From positions 146,320,001-146,384,000 of the forward strand of contig NC_042997.1 in NCBI RefSeq assembly GCF_006345805.1: DNA of 64,000 nt, in the 5' to 3' direction. The DNA comes from Octopus sinensis (taxonomy: Eukaryota). Numbering within the stretch: position 1 is the first letter of the stretch; every line of letters starts with the position of its first letter. Below the pieces are notes generated by a model that saw nothing but the letters and a program-made list of their open reading frames with translations, was not told the DNA's origin and did no database searches. Made by a program: the position numbers and the translations under genes. This document shows, piece by piece, positions 39,553-52,931 of the stretch.

Positions 39553-39937
39553 GTGTATGTGTGTGTGTGCGCATGAGTGAGTGTGCATGTGAGGTAATGT
39601 GTACAAAGTATCAGAATGAGTATGCTACAACCACGCACGCACGCACACAAACATACGCGTGTAAGTATGCGCATGCAAACACACGCACGCACAAACACAC
39701 ACACATACATACACACACGCATGCACTCACACACATACTGACATACACTCATATGCGTATAAATACGCACAGACATACACACACACATACATACACTCAC
39801 ACACATATATATGTATATATCGCCATCTTTGTATTACTAAATGTATATGCATCGTTAGAAGGCATGAAACTGAAATTCTCTTTCAGTATCTCTTATAGAC
39901 TTGAGTTTAAAACGATATATATTGGCGCGATATCTCT

Positions 39938-40020
<83 letters not shown>

Positions 40021-40165
40021 ATTGTCTGTCTGTCTAGAAAGCTAGTTACCTAGCTATCTGCATCTGTCTATCTATCTCTTTGTATGTATGTATGCGCAGA
40101 TTTGTATGTTTTATCTATGTATTCTCATGCATATAGTTGCATATCTAGATGATGCTCATATATAT

Positions 40166-40541
40166 TTAAATTATAAACTTCTGGATAGTTTTACAGATTT
40201 TTTACAGTTCCAGTGATGGATTGGATCTGTAGTCTTCGAATTAGCTTTCTCCTTTATGGTTCTGAGAACCCTAATTTCTCAAGACTGGTATTTATGCAGT
40301 GTGTTACATATCGCAAAGCTCCAGTAATTACAGGTATAATCCTGAACTTGTAATCTGGATAGAGGACACGCAGATTTCTCTATAGTTCAGCATAGGTATT
40401 CTATTTTTTACTGATCTTCAGCTTTATGTTAACATCCGCAGGGTAGCTAATTTCCACACCTGTGCACAGTTTCTCTTCTTTATCCTAAATCATTATATCT
40501 GGTCTGTTGTGCTTATATTTTATTGAGGTCTTCACTGGTAC
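40166..40541 (-). mobile_element. 3' fragment of a non-LTR retrotransposon with restriction-enzyme-like (REL) endonuclease
   Basis: Hand translation: KHNRPDIMI*DKEEKLCTGVEISYPAD...IIPVITGALRYVTHC...LQIQSITGTVK. This has the RPD and E-x-S-x-P motifs and the PVIxGALG motif, with in-frame stops. Confidence 0.8.
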
Positions 40542-40837
40542 ATGTATGTATTCTTGCTTGCATGTATGTATGTATGTATGTATGTATGTATGTATGTATG
40601 TATGTATGTATGTATGTATGTATGTATGTATGTATGTACACGTGCAGATTTATATGCTTTCTTTTATGTATGTCTTCTCATGCATATACTTGCATATCTA
40701 GATATGCTCATATCTAGACATGCTTTATGTATGTATCCATCTATCTATCTATTTGCTTGCCTGTCTATCTATCTCTGTCTATGTATGTGTGTGTGTATGT
40801 ATGTATATATTTATCTATCTAACTTTCTGTCTGTCTG

Positions 40838-40898
<61 letters not shown>

Positions 40899-42072
40899 TA
40901 TATATATATACATTTATCTATCTATCTATCTGTCCGTCTGTCTGTTTCTCTGTCTCTCTGTCCGCCTGCCTATCTGTCTGTCTGTCTGTCTGTTTATTTA
41001 TCTATCTATCAATCGATTGATCGATTGGTCGATCGACCTTTCTATCTATGCTTTATCTAGCTATGCTTGTAGTTGAACATCCTGCAGACACATGGATACC
41101 TTTGACGTCATTCTCAACTGTAATCAGCGTGATACAATGTGACAAGGGTGGGCCTTTAAATTACAGGTATATTACATGAATGAGTGTGTGAGTATAAACA
41201 CCCATATAAATATGCGCGTGTATAATACGCATGACCGTAAACACATGTCTATACACACACACACATATACATATACATATATATACATACGTATATGTTT
41301 GTATACATACAGACATGCATTCATACCTACCTACCTATCTACCTACCTGCCTACCTACATACCTATTTACCTACCAACCTACCTACCTACCGACCTACCT
41401 ATCCACCTACATACATACATACATACATACATACATACTACATACATACATACATACATACAAACACACATATACGTTTATCTCTGCACGTATGTATAAT
41501 ACGTATGTGTGTACGTGTGTAAGTGAACATATATATGTATGGGTGCATGTATGTGCTAATGTGTGCTTACGAACTCTATGTAAAACGGTGTGGCTTAAAG
41601 GTGGGTAGGTTTAGGGTTGGAGAGAAACTGGTGTGGTGTGACCTATAATGTAACAGACCGAAGACCAGTGACACCGTCTCTGTTGTCTGCTTAGGTTTTT
41701 GTCGGTGCTGGATCAAAGCATCTGACACCAGCAACGAGCACCTGCAAAGTATCATATTGTTTGGTCTACCTTCATCAAACTCTTACCACCATGCGAGAAT
41801 GAGTGTGAGGAGGAGGAGAAGGTGTACGGAGTGGGTAAGGAAGAGATGTAGAAAAGAAGCAGAGAGCTGAAAATTTAAAGGGAGAGAAAAAGAGCAAATA
41901 GCTTGTAATGATTCAATAACGCTGTTACTGATAATAAATACATATATATAAGGATTCTGTTATGCCCACTTCTAGAATTCACCGAGTAGTTGATGGGGAT
42001 GGAAGTTGGTATATAGATTGGCTGAATCGGTAGAAGGTTAGATAAAATGCCACGTAGTAGTTATTAATATAT

Positions 42073-42255
42073 AGGCGCAGGAGTGGCTGCGTGGTAAGTA
42101 GCTTGCTTTACCAACCACATTGTTCTGGGTTCTGTCCCACTGTGTGGTAACTTGGGCAAGTACCTTCTGCTATAGCCTCGGGCCGACCAAAGCCTTATAA
42201 GTGGATTTGGTAGACGGAAACTGAAAGCAGCCCGTTGTGTATGTATGTATATATA

Positions 42256-42290
<35 letters not shown>

Positions 42291-42465
42291 CGTGCGTGTG
42301 TATGTTTGTGTATATGTGTCTCTCGACCCCACCATCGCTGACAACCGATGTTGGTGTGTTTACGTCCTTGTAACCTAGCGGTTCGGGAAAAGAGACCGAT
42401 AGAATACTAGGCTTAAAAAGAATAAGTTCTGAGGTCAAATGACTGAAACAAGTAAAAGAATAAAA
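42073..42465 (+). mobile_element. SINE family A
   Basis: Near-consensus, with a deletion in the tail. Confidence 0.9.
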
Positions 42466-42659
42466 GGATAAAATATCTCTTTATGTCTTGAATTCAAATT
42501 TCGCCGAGGTGTATTTTACTTTTCTTGTTTCCATCGAAGTCTATAATTTAAGTACCAGCCAAGCATTGGTACACTGTGCGCAATTGAATCGAATACATTT
42601 CGTCACTCGAATATCTGAAGGATAGCCTTTTGAAGTGGCCTTGTGCATTTATTAGAACG

Positions 42660-42840
42660 TATTGGCGTCGAGTTGGTAGAATCATGAGCACGCCGGGCAA
42701 AATACAATTACGTTCTGAGTTCAAATTCCACCGAGGTCGACTTCATCCTTTTGGGATCGATAAAATAGGTACCAGTTGAGCACTGGAGTCGATGTAATCG
42801 ACTTACCCCTCCACCGAAATTGTTGGTCTTGTGCCAAACA
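42660..42840 (+). mobile_element. SINE family B monomer (another partial copy at ~42480-42560)
   Basis: GTTCAAATTCCACCGAGGTCGAC core. Confidence 0.8.
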
Positions 42841-43570
42841 TTTGGCATAAGGCTGTATCTTTTTTTCTTAAACCTGGTTGAAGAACTATTTCGAGTATAC
42901 TTTCTCAAACCGGAGAGATAAGAAAAACAAAATGCACTTAAATGTTTTTGTTAAAAGTAGTGGTATAGTAACAGTATGTGCCACCTGGGTCAGTCCATGA
43001 GTGTGTCGCCTCTAGTGAGCTAACCAACCATTTACATGCTTATACAACAAGCAAGCCCAAAATCCCACCTCCATAAGAGCGTCCCCTGAGACGGATCGGC
43101 AATTCGCTCCACCTTGGGTAGGTTACAGGTTGTAAGGTAGTTTGCCGTCTTACATTTAAAAGACTGTACAAGTTGTAAAATATTTACAGACTATGTGAGA
43201 CTACCTTAACGATGTTTCCAGAGTATAGTATTGATATTTCATGTAGATTAATTATATGTGTAAATCCTGGGATTTTGCATTTATATTTAATCACACATTT
43301 TGTTGATCATTTTCAAGGCAGCTGTAATTATATGAATCGTTTCTTTTCTTTTATTACCTATTATAAAAGGGACAATACAATATGATCTGGATTCATATAC
43401 AACAGATGGTATAAAAATTTATAATGACAAAATGAAAAAAAAAGACCGAATGGGACACAGAAGACAATAATATACAATGAAAGACACTATGAGATTTAAA
43501 AGACAGGTATGCTCCGACCCCACGAGCTCTGTCTTCTCAACCGACACTTTTGGTAATCTCTATGACGTAC

Positions 43571-44848
43571 TCACGCAGGGCCTTTCACTCCCAGCATACG
43601 TGTTACACGCGTCCATTTTTTTTTTATTAACATACACTCTGACAGACACCTCCTTTCCAACCCCACCTTCCTTTTCAGGTGAAAAGTGAAAACATTCACC
43701 AAAGCAAGGCCGAAGACAAAGCTGTCTATCACAGTACCTTTCATTCTCAACTTACATATCACCTCTCTCGCAATTGCTACTACAACGAGAAAACAATTAC
43801 CTTCTTCCGTAAGGAAATCCGGTGGGTTAATTTTTAAAATTGACTCAGACAATAGCTGTACTCTTCTCCCATCTGACAACAGGTGTTCTGCATAAGTCCA
43901 CGCTTCTGATATACCCGGACCCTGAACAATAGCGTGCAGGACCATTTCCACGTCCCGCCCGCATCTTGGACAGGGCGACAGCCCAGACTGGCTGTGTCTG
44001 GTGAGCTTCTCGGTAACACTGCCAGGCCAAAGACTTTTGGAAGTTATCCAGTGTCTTCGGCCCGAATGTTCTTCGGAACAGGCTAACTGATTGTTATCGA
44101 AACTTAGGATCCTTCCAAGGGCATCATCATTTCCAGCCTCTACCAACCTCCTCTAGTAAGCCGCAGTGGTACCGAAACCGCTGGCGTTGCCCGATTTGCG
44201 GAATTGGAGAAGAGCCTTGCGGCACTCCGTATACAGGGTACCCAATCTCGATCTTCGACGAAACCAGTTTTCTCTACCACCAAAACTAGTAAAGCTGGGG
44301 AACATCCGTTTAGCAAGCGAACACCACACCCGTTTACAATCCAAGTAGAGCCAGAGATGCTTCAGCATCAGCGCATGCTTGCGCATCAACAGCCAAGGCA
44401 TCCCTAACCCACCCTTTAACGGATTTTGACAGCAAATAGAACGCCTTACAAGTGGGGTGGAGTTCTTCCACAAACAGCGAAAGATTTGCCTCTCCAACTT
44501 GCTCAACCACGAATCAGGACAAGGAACGACGGTTAGGCGGTAAACGATGACCGATGCGATAAACACTCCGCCCTCCCTTCCAAGGATAGCCACCGCCAGG
44601 TAACGATGGTCTAAACTATCGAATGCTTTAGCTTGATCTAAATGGACCAGTGCCCCACCTTTGCCAGAATCTTTACCATACCCTTCTTCTACGGTGTAGC
44701 GTATAAGATGGTTCTACCGGGGACCGCACAGGTTTGTGCTTCCCCGATCAGGCCATCCGCGACACGCGTCAATCTTTTTGCTAGCACCTTGGCCAAAGTT
44801 TTCATCTCTGCGTTCAGCAGAGTGATGGGCCTAAAATTATCTATTCTG
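43571..44848 (-). mobile_element. Decayed Tx1/L1-clade LINE ORF2 fragment (RT N-terminus, post-RT region, C-terminal zinc-binding motif)
   Basis: NFRPITLLNAEMKTLAKVLAKRL...QTCAVPGRTI...DQAKAFDSLDHRYL, then FRCLWK...GGLGMP, then CPRCGRDVEMVLHAIVQ. Stops, a frameshift and loss of the RT core. Confidence 0.9.
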
Positions 44849-46124
44849 CATGAATGATAAATAGTTAAATCGATTCTAACATATTTGATGTTAGTGAATT
44901 AATAAATATTAACTGGTTAAAATTGCAACAATGGTTATGAGTAAAAATCATTTGTTTAATGATGAATTATAGTCAAGATAGGCAGGGTTAATATCTTATT
45001 CGGTTTGGTGTTAGACAAGAAGCGAAGAGGTCAAACAAAACGTAAGACATAAATAGGAATGGTAAATGATACCATGCGTGTGGTACGTAGTTGGGAACGG
45101 AAGATTGAAATAGATTAATCAAGGAAGAAAGGTGATGGAGATAGAAAGAGAAAACAGATAAGATAGAGACATAGATCCGTGTACAGATCAGTAGATAAAT
45201 CAGTTTACATGTGTGAAATGAGTAAGTAAAGAGATAATCATGCTATTATACGGACGGTTAAGTTGACGGAGTGATAAGCAGAGAAATAAAGAAGATTGAT
45301 TGACAAACAGAACAGTCATATAAATAGAAAGATTTAGTGAATCTGATGTGGATATAGGAAAGGTGAGCGAAGAAAAACATAATGACAAGCATTTAGATAA
45401 AATAACAGATAAAGCCTAAAAGCTGAGTAATATGACAGCATGTAGAATCATACAGAAAGTATAACAAAAACGAGCAGTCACACCGATTCAGAGCCAGTTA
45501 TACGTTTTATGATCTTTCAATCTTGATCTACATGTAACAAACGTTTCCTCGCTCAGACTTTTATTTTATTTTCATTGTTAGGTCAGAACGAAGATGTGCT
45601 CATATCCTTTGCAAGCTTTCCTTTTCTATTATAATTTCATTGATATCAAGGCCGTTGTAGAAATATAAATGAACTGTTTCGTTGAGACTTTTCTTCATCT
45701 ACACCGGGGCGATACAAATCATGGTTGACCTCGGCGAAATATGAACTCAGAACGAAAAATGCAGTAACTAACTACCTCAAAGAATTTTGTCCTACGCTCT
45801 AACAATTCTGCCAAGGTGATCGACGAGTTTAGCGTTCTTTAAATACTGTAAATTGACGGTTGCACGAAAAAAAATAAAATAAAATAAAATAAAACAAGAA
45901 AATGGTAGGAATTCCAAGGGAGAGATACTCTGGGGCATAAGAACTGGGTCGAGTTGTCAGTGCAAAGCCTAAAGACAGAGATGTAGGTAGGCACAATGTG
46001 GCTGACTGGATCCGTTCTAACTTGTCATCGCTGCATACCATAGATTTTTACAACCATGTGAAAGTAGCTAAGCATGCGTCAATGCATAGTTAATATATGG
46101 AATAGTAAAACAAATCTGAATTTT

Positions 46125-46515
46125 TTTTTTTACTTGCTTCAGTCATTAGACCGCAGCCATATTGGGACTGCGCCTTGAAGAGTTTTAGTCGAATGAATCG
46201 ACTCCAGTACTTATTTTTTAAAGCTTGTTACTTATTCTATCGGTCTCCTTGCTGAATAACTTAGTTACTGGGGCATAAACACACCAAAAGAGGAGGTGGA
46301 GGGACAAACACAGACACAAAGATAGGCAGATACACACACACATACGCTTATACATATACGATAGGCTTTTTCAGTTGCCATATACCAAATCTGCCCAGAA
46401 GGCTTTGGTTGGCCCGAGGCTATAGTAAAAGACACTCGCCCAAGGTACCACGCAGTAGAATTGAACATAGAACCATGTGATTGGGAGGCAGCCTTCTTAA
46501 CGAACAGTCACGCCT
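46125..46515 (-). mobile_element. SINE family A
   Basis: Reverse complement of the consensus, diverged. Confidence 0.85.
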
Positions 46516-47789
46516 ACGAAAACAAAGAAATATTACTCGACGAATTTTCTTTTTCTTTCTCTTTTTATTTCCCCTGGCAATTATGAGGCACAACTCCGGA
46601 TGTTCCCATATCTTTGAAAAGTACAGTCTCATCGTAGGTAACTTGTTGAAGTGTTAGCGAACGAACCGCTAACTTAATATAGAGAAATGTATATTTGTTA
46701 GTAATAAGTTACTACTACGAGTTTACACTCCAGTGGAGGACGATCAATAAATCTGATATCCGGAGTTTTCTTTTATATCTTCCGGAACAATGAAAACATA
46801 AAATTGTCAACATTGTTTTCTTTTTTTATCAATGTCAGTATGTATTTTATTCTAATAAAGCGTTTCAAGGCTCTGCGTATTAAATATATCACACATTTAC
46901 TGTTCATTGTGCCGATGACATCTCAAAATGATTTAGCATGTAACAGGAGTTGATAACTATCAGTAATTGCTCTCATATCCATCATAATGAAGTATTTGAT
47001 GAGACTGCTGCTGGCTCACGTGAAATTTAACATGTTGATCAACATTGATTAGCTTAATGTTCGAAGAGATAAGAAATGCAGTTTCAACGATACATCATTC
47101 TATATTGATCTACTTGCTGGCGTGAAATATATGTCAAAATATTATCTGTCTGCAGGAAGCTGTTGTACCTATGGCGTTTACAAGCTTGTGAATTTGACGT
47201 GGTCAATGTTTGTCTTGAATAGTTGTAATTTGACAGCTATAATAAACAGATGAACGAGGTGGGAATTCCAAACAGCTGGAATACAGAATCAACGTGACGC
47301 AATACAATGGTGTAGAGTATTCTTTAATATATAATTGAAAGGATCCTAATTCCAGTTGACCGAGTTACACGTTTCCGATCATTCAAATGGTAACACAAGC
47401 CTATTTTTTCCTTTGAAATATCTCCTGTTTGAATATATTTTCGAAATATCATCATTACAAAGTTAAGAAGAAAACGCTTGTTTTTATATTCTCTTAAAAA
47501 AATATAATAAAAACTTCTGAGCGACGCGTGCAGAAACAGCTGCTTCAAGCTCACGTTTTTCATTTAATTTCCGGCACTCGCGAGAATATTCCAACGGTCT
47601 TAGACTTCACAGAAGTAAGATTACTGCACTAACTTCCTTCTGAAATTATGTTGTTCATTTAATAATGAATTGTTCATTGTTCATTGTTCATTTAAAGTAA
47701 AAAATTTAAACCAATTAGAGACGTGTACATTATTTACATTATTTATTTTATTTACATTTGATGGATATTTGTCATCTTGTTTGTTGCTA

Positions 47790-47833
47790 ACACAACGTTT
47801 CGGCTGGCATACCATCCAGCCTTTATCAGGTGT
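47790..47833 (-). ncRNA. Decayed minimal (Penelope-type) hammerhead motif within a PLE-like repeat fragment (~47700-47990)
   Basis: Minus strand: ACAC-CTGATAA-A-GGCTGG-atggtatg-CCAGCC-GAAAC-GTT-GTGT. Helix I is 4 bp, helix II is 6 bp, and helix III is reduced to the ACGT palindrome. G8 is mutated to A. Confidence 0.65.
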
Positions 47834-49164
47834 CCTGGGGGGACTTCGAACCTGGGTTCTCGTTCCTAAAGTATTTTTCGATGCTGTTATTATTATTATT
47901 ATGACAAAAATTCCTTGGACGATACTTACTCGGACAATATCTCCACATTGAAAATTCTTATGGCGAGCAACAAAATCTACCATGATTAACAAAATATAGA
48001 AAGTAAATACATAATAATAAAAATTTTCAAATAGAAAAATCAGTTAGTAATTAGATAATTAATTTTTTAATTATTAAATATAAGTAGCTTTAACTGAAAA
48101 TTCTGAAACACATATTACTTTCATTATAGAAATTGAAAGATTACTACACTAATGCTTTCGTTAAAGCAAATATATTACTTTCATTTGGCACGAAAATTTA
48201 TTTGAAGAAAAGAAAATAAATCTCTGCAAAATAATTTTGTTGCTAAAAGAAAAAAAAATAAAGTGTTGGGGTTTTGTTTTACTTTGCACTTTAATTCAAA
48301 ATCTTTGGGTATTTTGTCGAATTCTTTCCTACCAAAGGACAGTTTTGTTCGGACCGCTAGGTGCGCATATGTGTGTGTACATTAGCATACATATACATGC
48401 ATATACGTATGAATATTCGTAATTACACATATACGTGTATGATTCTGTAAACAACTTTGTGTTTTAAGAATCCATATTTGCATTCCAAAATTATATTGGA
48501 AGAAAATTGTTCTGTTAAATGTCGTCTGCTTATTCATACATTCTCCTATCTTGTATAATATAGATACATAATCAAGCTTCTATTGCATATATTTGTTATA
48601 TATTTGTTTTATTCTTATTTTTATTTGATTCATCAGTTCTCTCTGTGTGCTACGGCCTTCATATCACATCAATATCTCGTTTTGATACCTAATTACCGAA
48701 AATGAAATAACACTGGATTTTATTACTTACAAACAGATTCTGAAATCAAAAAGAGAATGTTTCTCGTGAACAAGCGAAGAATGGTAGTTTTCGATAAACA
48801 AACAACCATTACACCATAACATTTTCAGTATTATATCCCTCTCGTCCAATTTAACATATTGATTTATTTTGTGATAAGAAACTCAGAAAACGAAATTGAT
48901 ACTTTTAAGCTTTATATAACATACCCGCATTTCCGCAAGGCGATTGTTTCTATTACACAAGCCGATTGGTCTATTGCGCAATTGACTCCGCACGCCAATC
49001 TATGGAAACATACAACAGTCAAACCACGTTAAATGGACAAATGCGTTAGTATAAGAGTGGAGTGAGGAACCCTTTATAAAGTCCAAATGTTTTCGTAATA
49101 TATCGTGCCCTTAAGTACACTAATAAATTGTATGCGTGTATATATACACATACACACACATGTA

Positions 49165-49197
<33 letters not shown>

Positions 49198-49199
<2 letters not shown>

Positions 49200-50212
49200 T
49201 AGCATTATGACCCGTCGTTGCCGGGTCATAGTGCTAGTGCATGTATATATGTGTATATATATATGTGTACATATTACATGTACATCTATATATATACATC
49301 TACATATAAAATACAAAATACAAAGTTATATCTTGATATCGCTAGTGATAACAATACTCAAAATATATAACTGTAAGCCCGTCTCTTGCAATTTCGATCA
49401 ATTGTATTTTGTCCTCCCTCTTGTATAGAAGTGTGGCTACAATCCAGCCTACCTCTACTTCTCGGGGGGGGGGGGCATTTTAAATTTTATCCAGGACATC
49501 CTACGTCCCAGATATAAAGGTAAAAATAAAATATTTCCACTTTGCAAGGTTCGAGTCGAGTACTCCCTTGCACGCTCCGTTGACTCGAACCTAGCTTCTA
49601 TTGTGGCGAATTTACCGCCTCTGGTTAGATATCTTTCATAGTCGCACCAAGACACATTTCGATGGTGCTTTCCTCCAGGTTTCAAATCTTCTTTTTTCTC
49701 TACATTGTATATTTTATAGACAATAGTCTTTTCTTTAATTTAACTTTTTATTATCCATCTGGACTATTCCATTTCTGCACGCTAATTTTATTTTTAATTT
49801 ATTCCCATTCATGTGAAACCACTTACTCAAGTTCAAGTCATTGATGCAATTTTATACCAATTGCTATTTTTACTTTTGTTATTTTACGATTATATTATAG
49901 TTTAGTTTGATTTTAATTATTACTTACAACATATAATTCAATTGTTATTATTATCTCTAATGTTTATTGTTAAAGTGAAAGTATCTGACATAAAATAGAG
50001 AAATGTTTTTATTTCACTTTTAACATGTAATACTAAAATAGTGGAGAAGATATGATATTGCTTTGGGCTCGCCCTAGGCAAGAAGCTGAACATTCTTTTT
50101 TCCCATGAAACTACATGGACCCTAAGTAAAGCATGTGTAAAATTTGAATGAAATTGGTTGTGTAGTTCTCAAGTTTTAGGAAAACACACCGACAGACAGA
50201 CACACATTCTCA

Positions 50213-50222
<10 letters not shown>
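49198..50222 (+). mobile_element. HINE/Helentron-type element, ~1 kb
   Basis: 5' 17-bp hairpin ACTAGCATTATGACCCG-TCGTTGC-CGGGTCATAGTGCTAGT; 3' ACAGACAGACAC...CAGTTTTATATATA end. Confidence 0.65.
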
Positions 50223-50257
<35 letters not shown>

Positions 50258-50419
50258 ATGCATGTGTATGTGCGCGCGTGTGTTTGTGTGTATGTATATT
50301 TATTTATACATATAATGTTTAATGAATACTGAATTTATACCATTGCAGTATACCATTGATATTCACGGACTGCGAAAATTCAAGTAGCTCACATATAACT
50401 CTTGTATTCAATAAATGAT

Positions 50420-50885
50420 AATCTGTCATCCCATAAATAATGCGGTTTTTTTCAATTGCATGAACTAAAAGTCGGAGTGGGGTGGAATAAACTATATGCA
50501 TCAACTTGCTATAAAAGCTGCTAGTAATTTTACCAAGTACTTATTCTTAGCGCAGGTTTTGAAGAGTGCAATTCGATTTTGACAGATTTTCAAAGCTATA
50601 ATGGAAGTTACAAAGGAGCATATTCTGTTTATTTTGCTTTATGAGTTCAATAAAGGCAATAACGCAACGGAAAGTGCGAGGAATATCAATGCAGTATATG
50701 GGGATCGGACAATAAGTGTAAAGCAGTGTGAATGGTGGTTCCAGAAATTCCGAGCCGGAAACTACAGCCTAGAAAACAAGCCTCGTCCTGGAAGATCTGC
50801 AGAGCTCGACAAGGACATTCTGCAAGCTCTGGTGGAACAAAACCCTATCGTAACTGATGAGGAACAAACAGACAAGCTTGGGTTG
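50420..50885 (+). mobile_element. 5' fragment of a mariner transposon (N-terminal HTH of transposase)
   Basis: ORF from 50601, MEVTKEHILFILLYEFNKGNNATESARNINAVYG...WFQKFRAGNYSLENKPRPGR, is mariner/SETMAR-type HTH. It is truncated by a SINE fragment at ~50885. Confidence 0.9.
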
Positions 50886-52442
50886 GTCTACCAAATCCAC
50901 ACAATACTTTGTATGGTCTGTGGCCATAGTAAAAGACACTTGCCTAAGGTGCCACTCAGTGGAAATGACATGGGGATTCGAGAATATCAACAATTTATGC
51001 AGTTCCCTTCGTTAGTGTAAATATCATCATTGGTATATGATTCCTAGTTATTTCAATGTCTGTTTGTCAAGCTATTTTTCTGGTGCCTCTCTCTCTCTCC
51101 CTCCCTCCCTCCATCTCTCTCTCTTTCTCTTTCCCTCTTCTTTTCCCTCTTTCCTCCTCACTCTCACTCTCTTTCTCGTGGTTCGTTAGACTGCCCCACA
51201 AAGCCATCTATATTTTTATCGTTCTTACTGCTGCGGTTGTTGTTGTTGTTGTTGGTGGTGGTGGTATTTAGCCTTACTTTCACCGTAATTCTTATAGTAG
51301 ATAACTCGAACTGACAGCAGCGACAATTTATTACCTCAAATGTAATCCAGTCATAACTATACAAAGATTATTTTCTATATAAGGGAAAATATTGACCAGC
51401 ATATACTTTTATAAAAATGGAAACATGTGATTTGAGGGAGACTTCGCTGCTATTTCAAATAGTTCGAGCCCCTCATAGATGTTTCGTTATTGGCCCGCAC
51501 AACCAATGTTGACCTTACACGAGCAAATATGTACATAGGATACATAAGGTACGTGGGGTACATTTGAATGAATACGTCTAACTTCCGGTACGATTGACTT
51601 AGTCATATAACAACAATATATAACGAGTTGTATAGAATTACTTACCAAGCTGCTAGTTAAGAGTTTTAGATTACATTCTATTTTACACCTACTCACTTGA
51701 CTCCTTTCCTACAAACCAGAGTAGAGGCTTTTCTCGTGGTCACTCTGTCTGCTGGAAATAGCAGCTAATGTGCCTTAAATAACATCCCATAGTTTTAAAT
51801 AATAGAAAATAAGGGGACACTTGATAATGTACTCCTGATTATATGACACAAAAGGGAAGAAAAGAGTAGTCAGGATTAAGCAGAGTGGAATCTCATAAAT
51901 CAAGGGTAGTACCCGATACGGTTTTAAAAGGGCTAAAAATATCAAATATAACAATAACAGCAACAGGAACGACTCCTACGATCCCGCAAGGGTGTCTCGA
52001 CACTCTCACACATGTTAGATATAGCATCCAAATTTTCTTTAAATCTAGCAGTATCGTAAAAACGGAAAGACACAACATATCAAAAGGAAACAAAAAAAAA
52101 TGTCACGAGCAAATTCCTTTGAATATAAATCTCAGGGCAGCCTCTGGGCTAGATAACTCCATGTACACTCTGGGGTAAACAAACAAATATTGACTCATGA
52201 CTAAATAACTTCATGTGTAAATGAACTTCGGTTATAGTTGCAAGGATGTACTCATAACCAGATCCATATAGCCACTAGAGGTCTAATTTTAGTACATTTA
52301 TCTCCATAGACAAGATAACTCAGACCCAAGGGCAGTAACAATATACCGTAGGATGAACCTGTGCAGCTCAGTTCCTGTATACATATTCACAAACATGCAA
52401 ATATTACGCACACACACACATACATACCATATACATATTATA

Positions 52443-52487
<45 letters not shown>

Positions 52488-52592
52488 TACATATATATAT
52501 ATGTGCATATATATATATGTATATATATGCATATATATATGTATACATATATACATATGTATATATATATATGCATATATATATATATATAG

Positions 52593-52631
<39 letters not shown>

Positions 52632-52652
52632 ATAATATATATATTATATATA

Positions 52653-52695
<43 letters not shown>

Positions 52696-52931
52696 CGCTA
52701 TATCAAATCTATGAGCGAAGGTAAACAGAAACAGTACGGAATTGTAAAATATATTTGCCAACTAAATGTGGCGGCCCCAGGAAGACATCTCCTTCAGACA
52801 GTGTATAGTTAGCCAGCTTGAGGAGATGTCTTCCGGGGGCTAAAAACAACAGTAACATTGTCCTCTATGGGACCGCCACATTTAGTTGGCAAATATATTT
52901 TACGATATATATATATATATATACACACACA

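Noticed and set aside
41695-41834. Possible exon (TTAG|G ... TGG|GTAAGG, 140 nt open frame)
   Set aside because: Unrecognised peptide ending in an AGG-repeat; such splice-flanked frames arise by chance.
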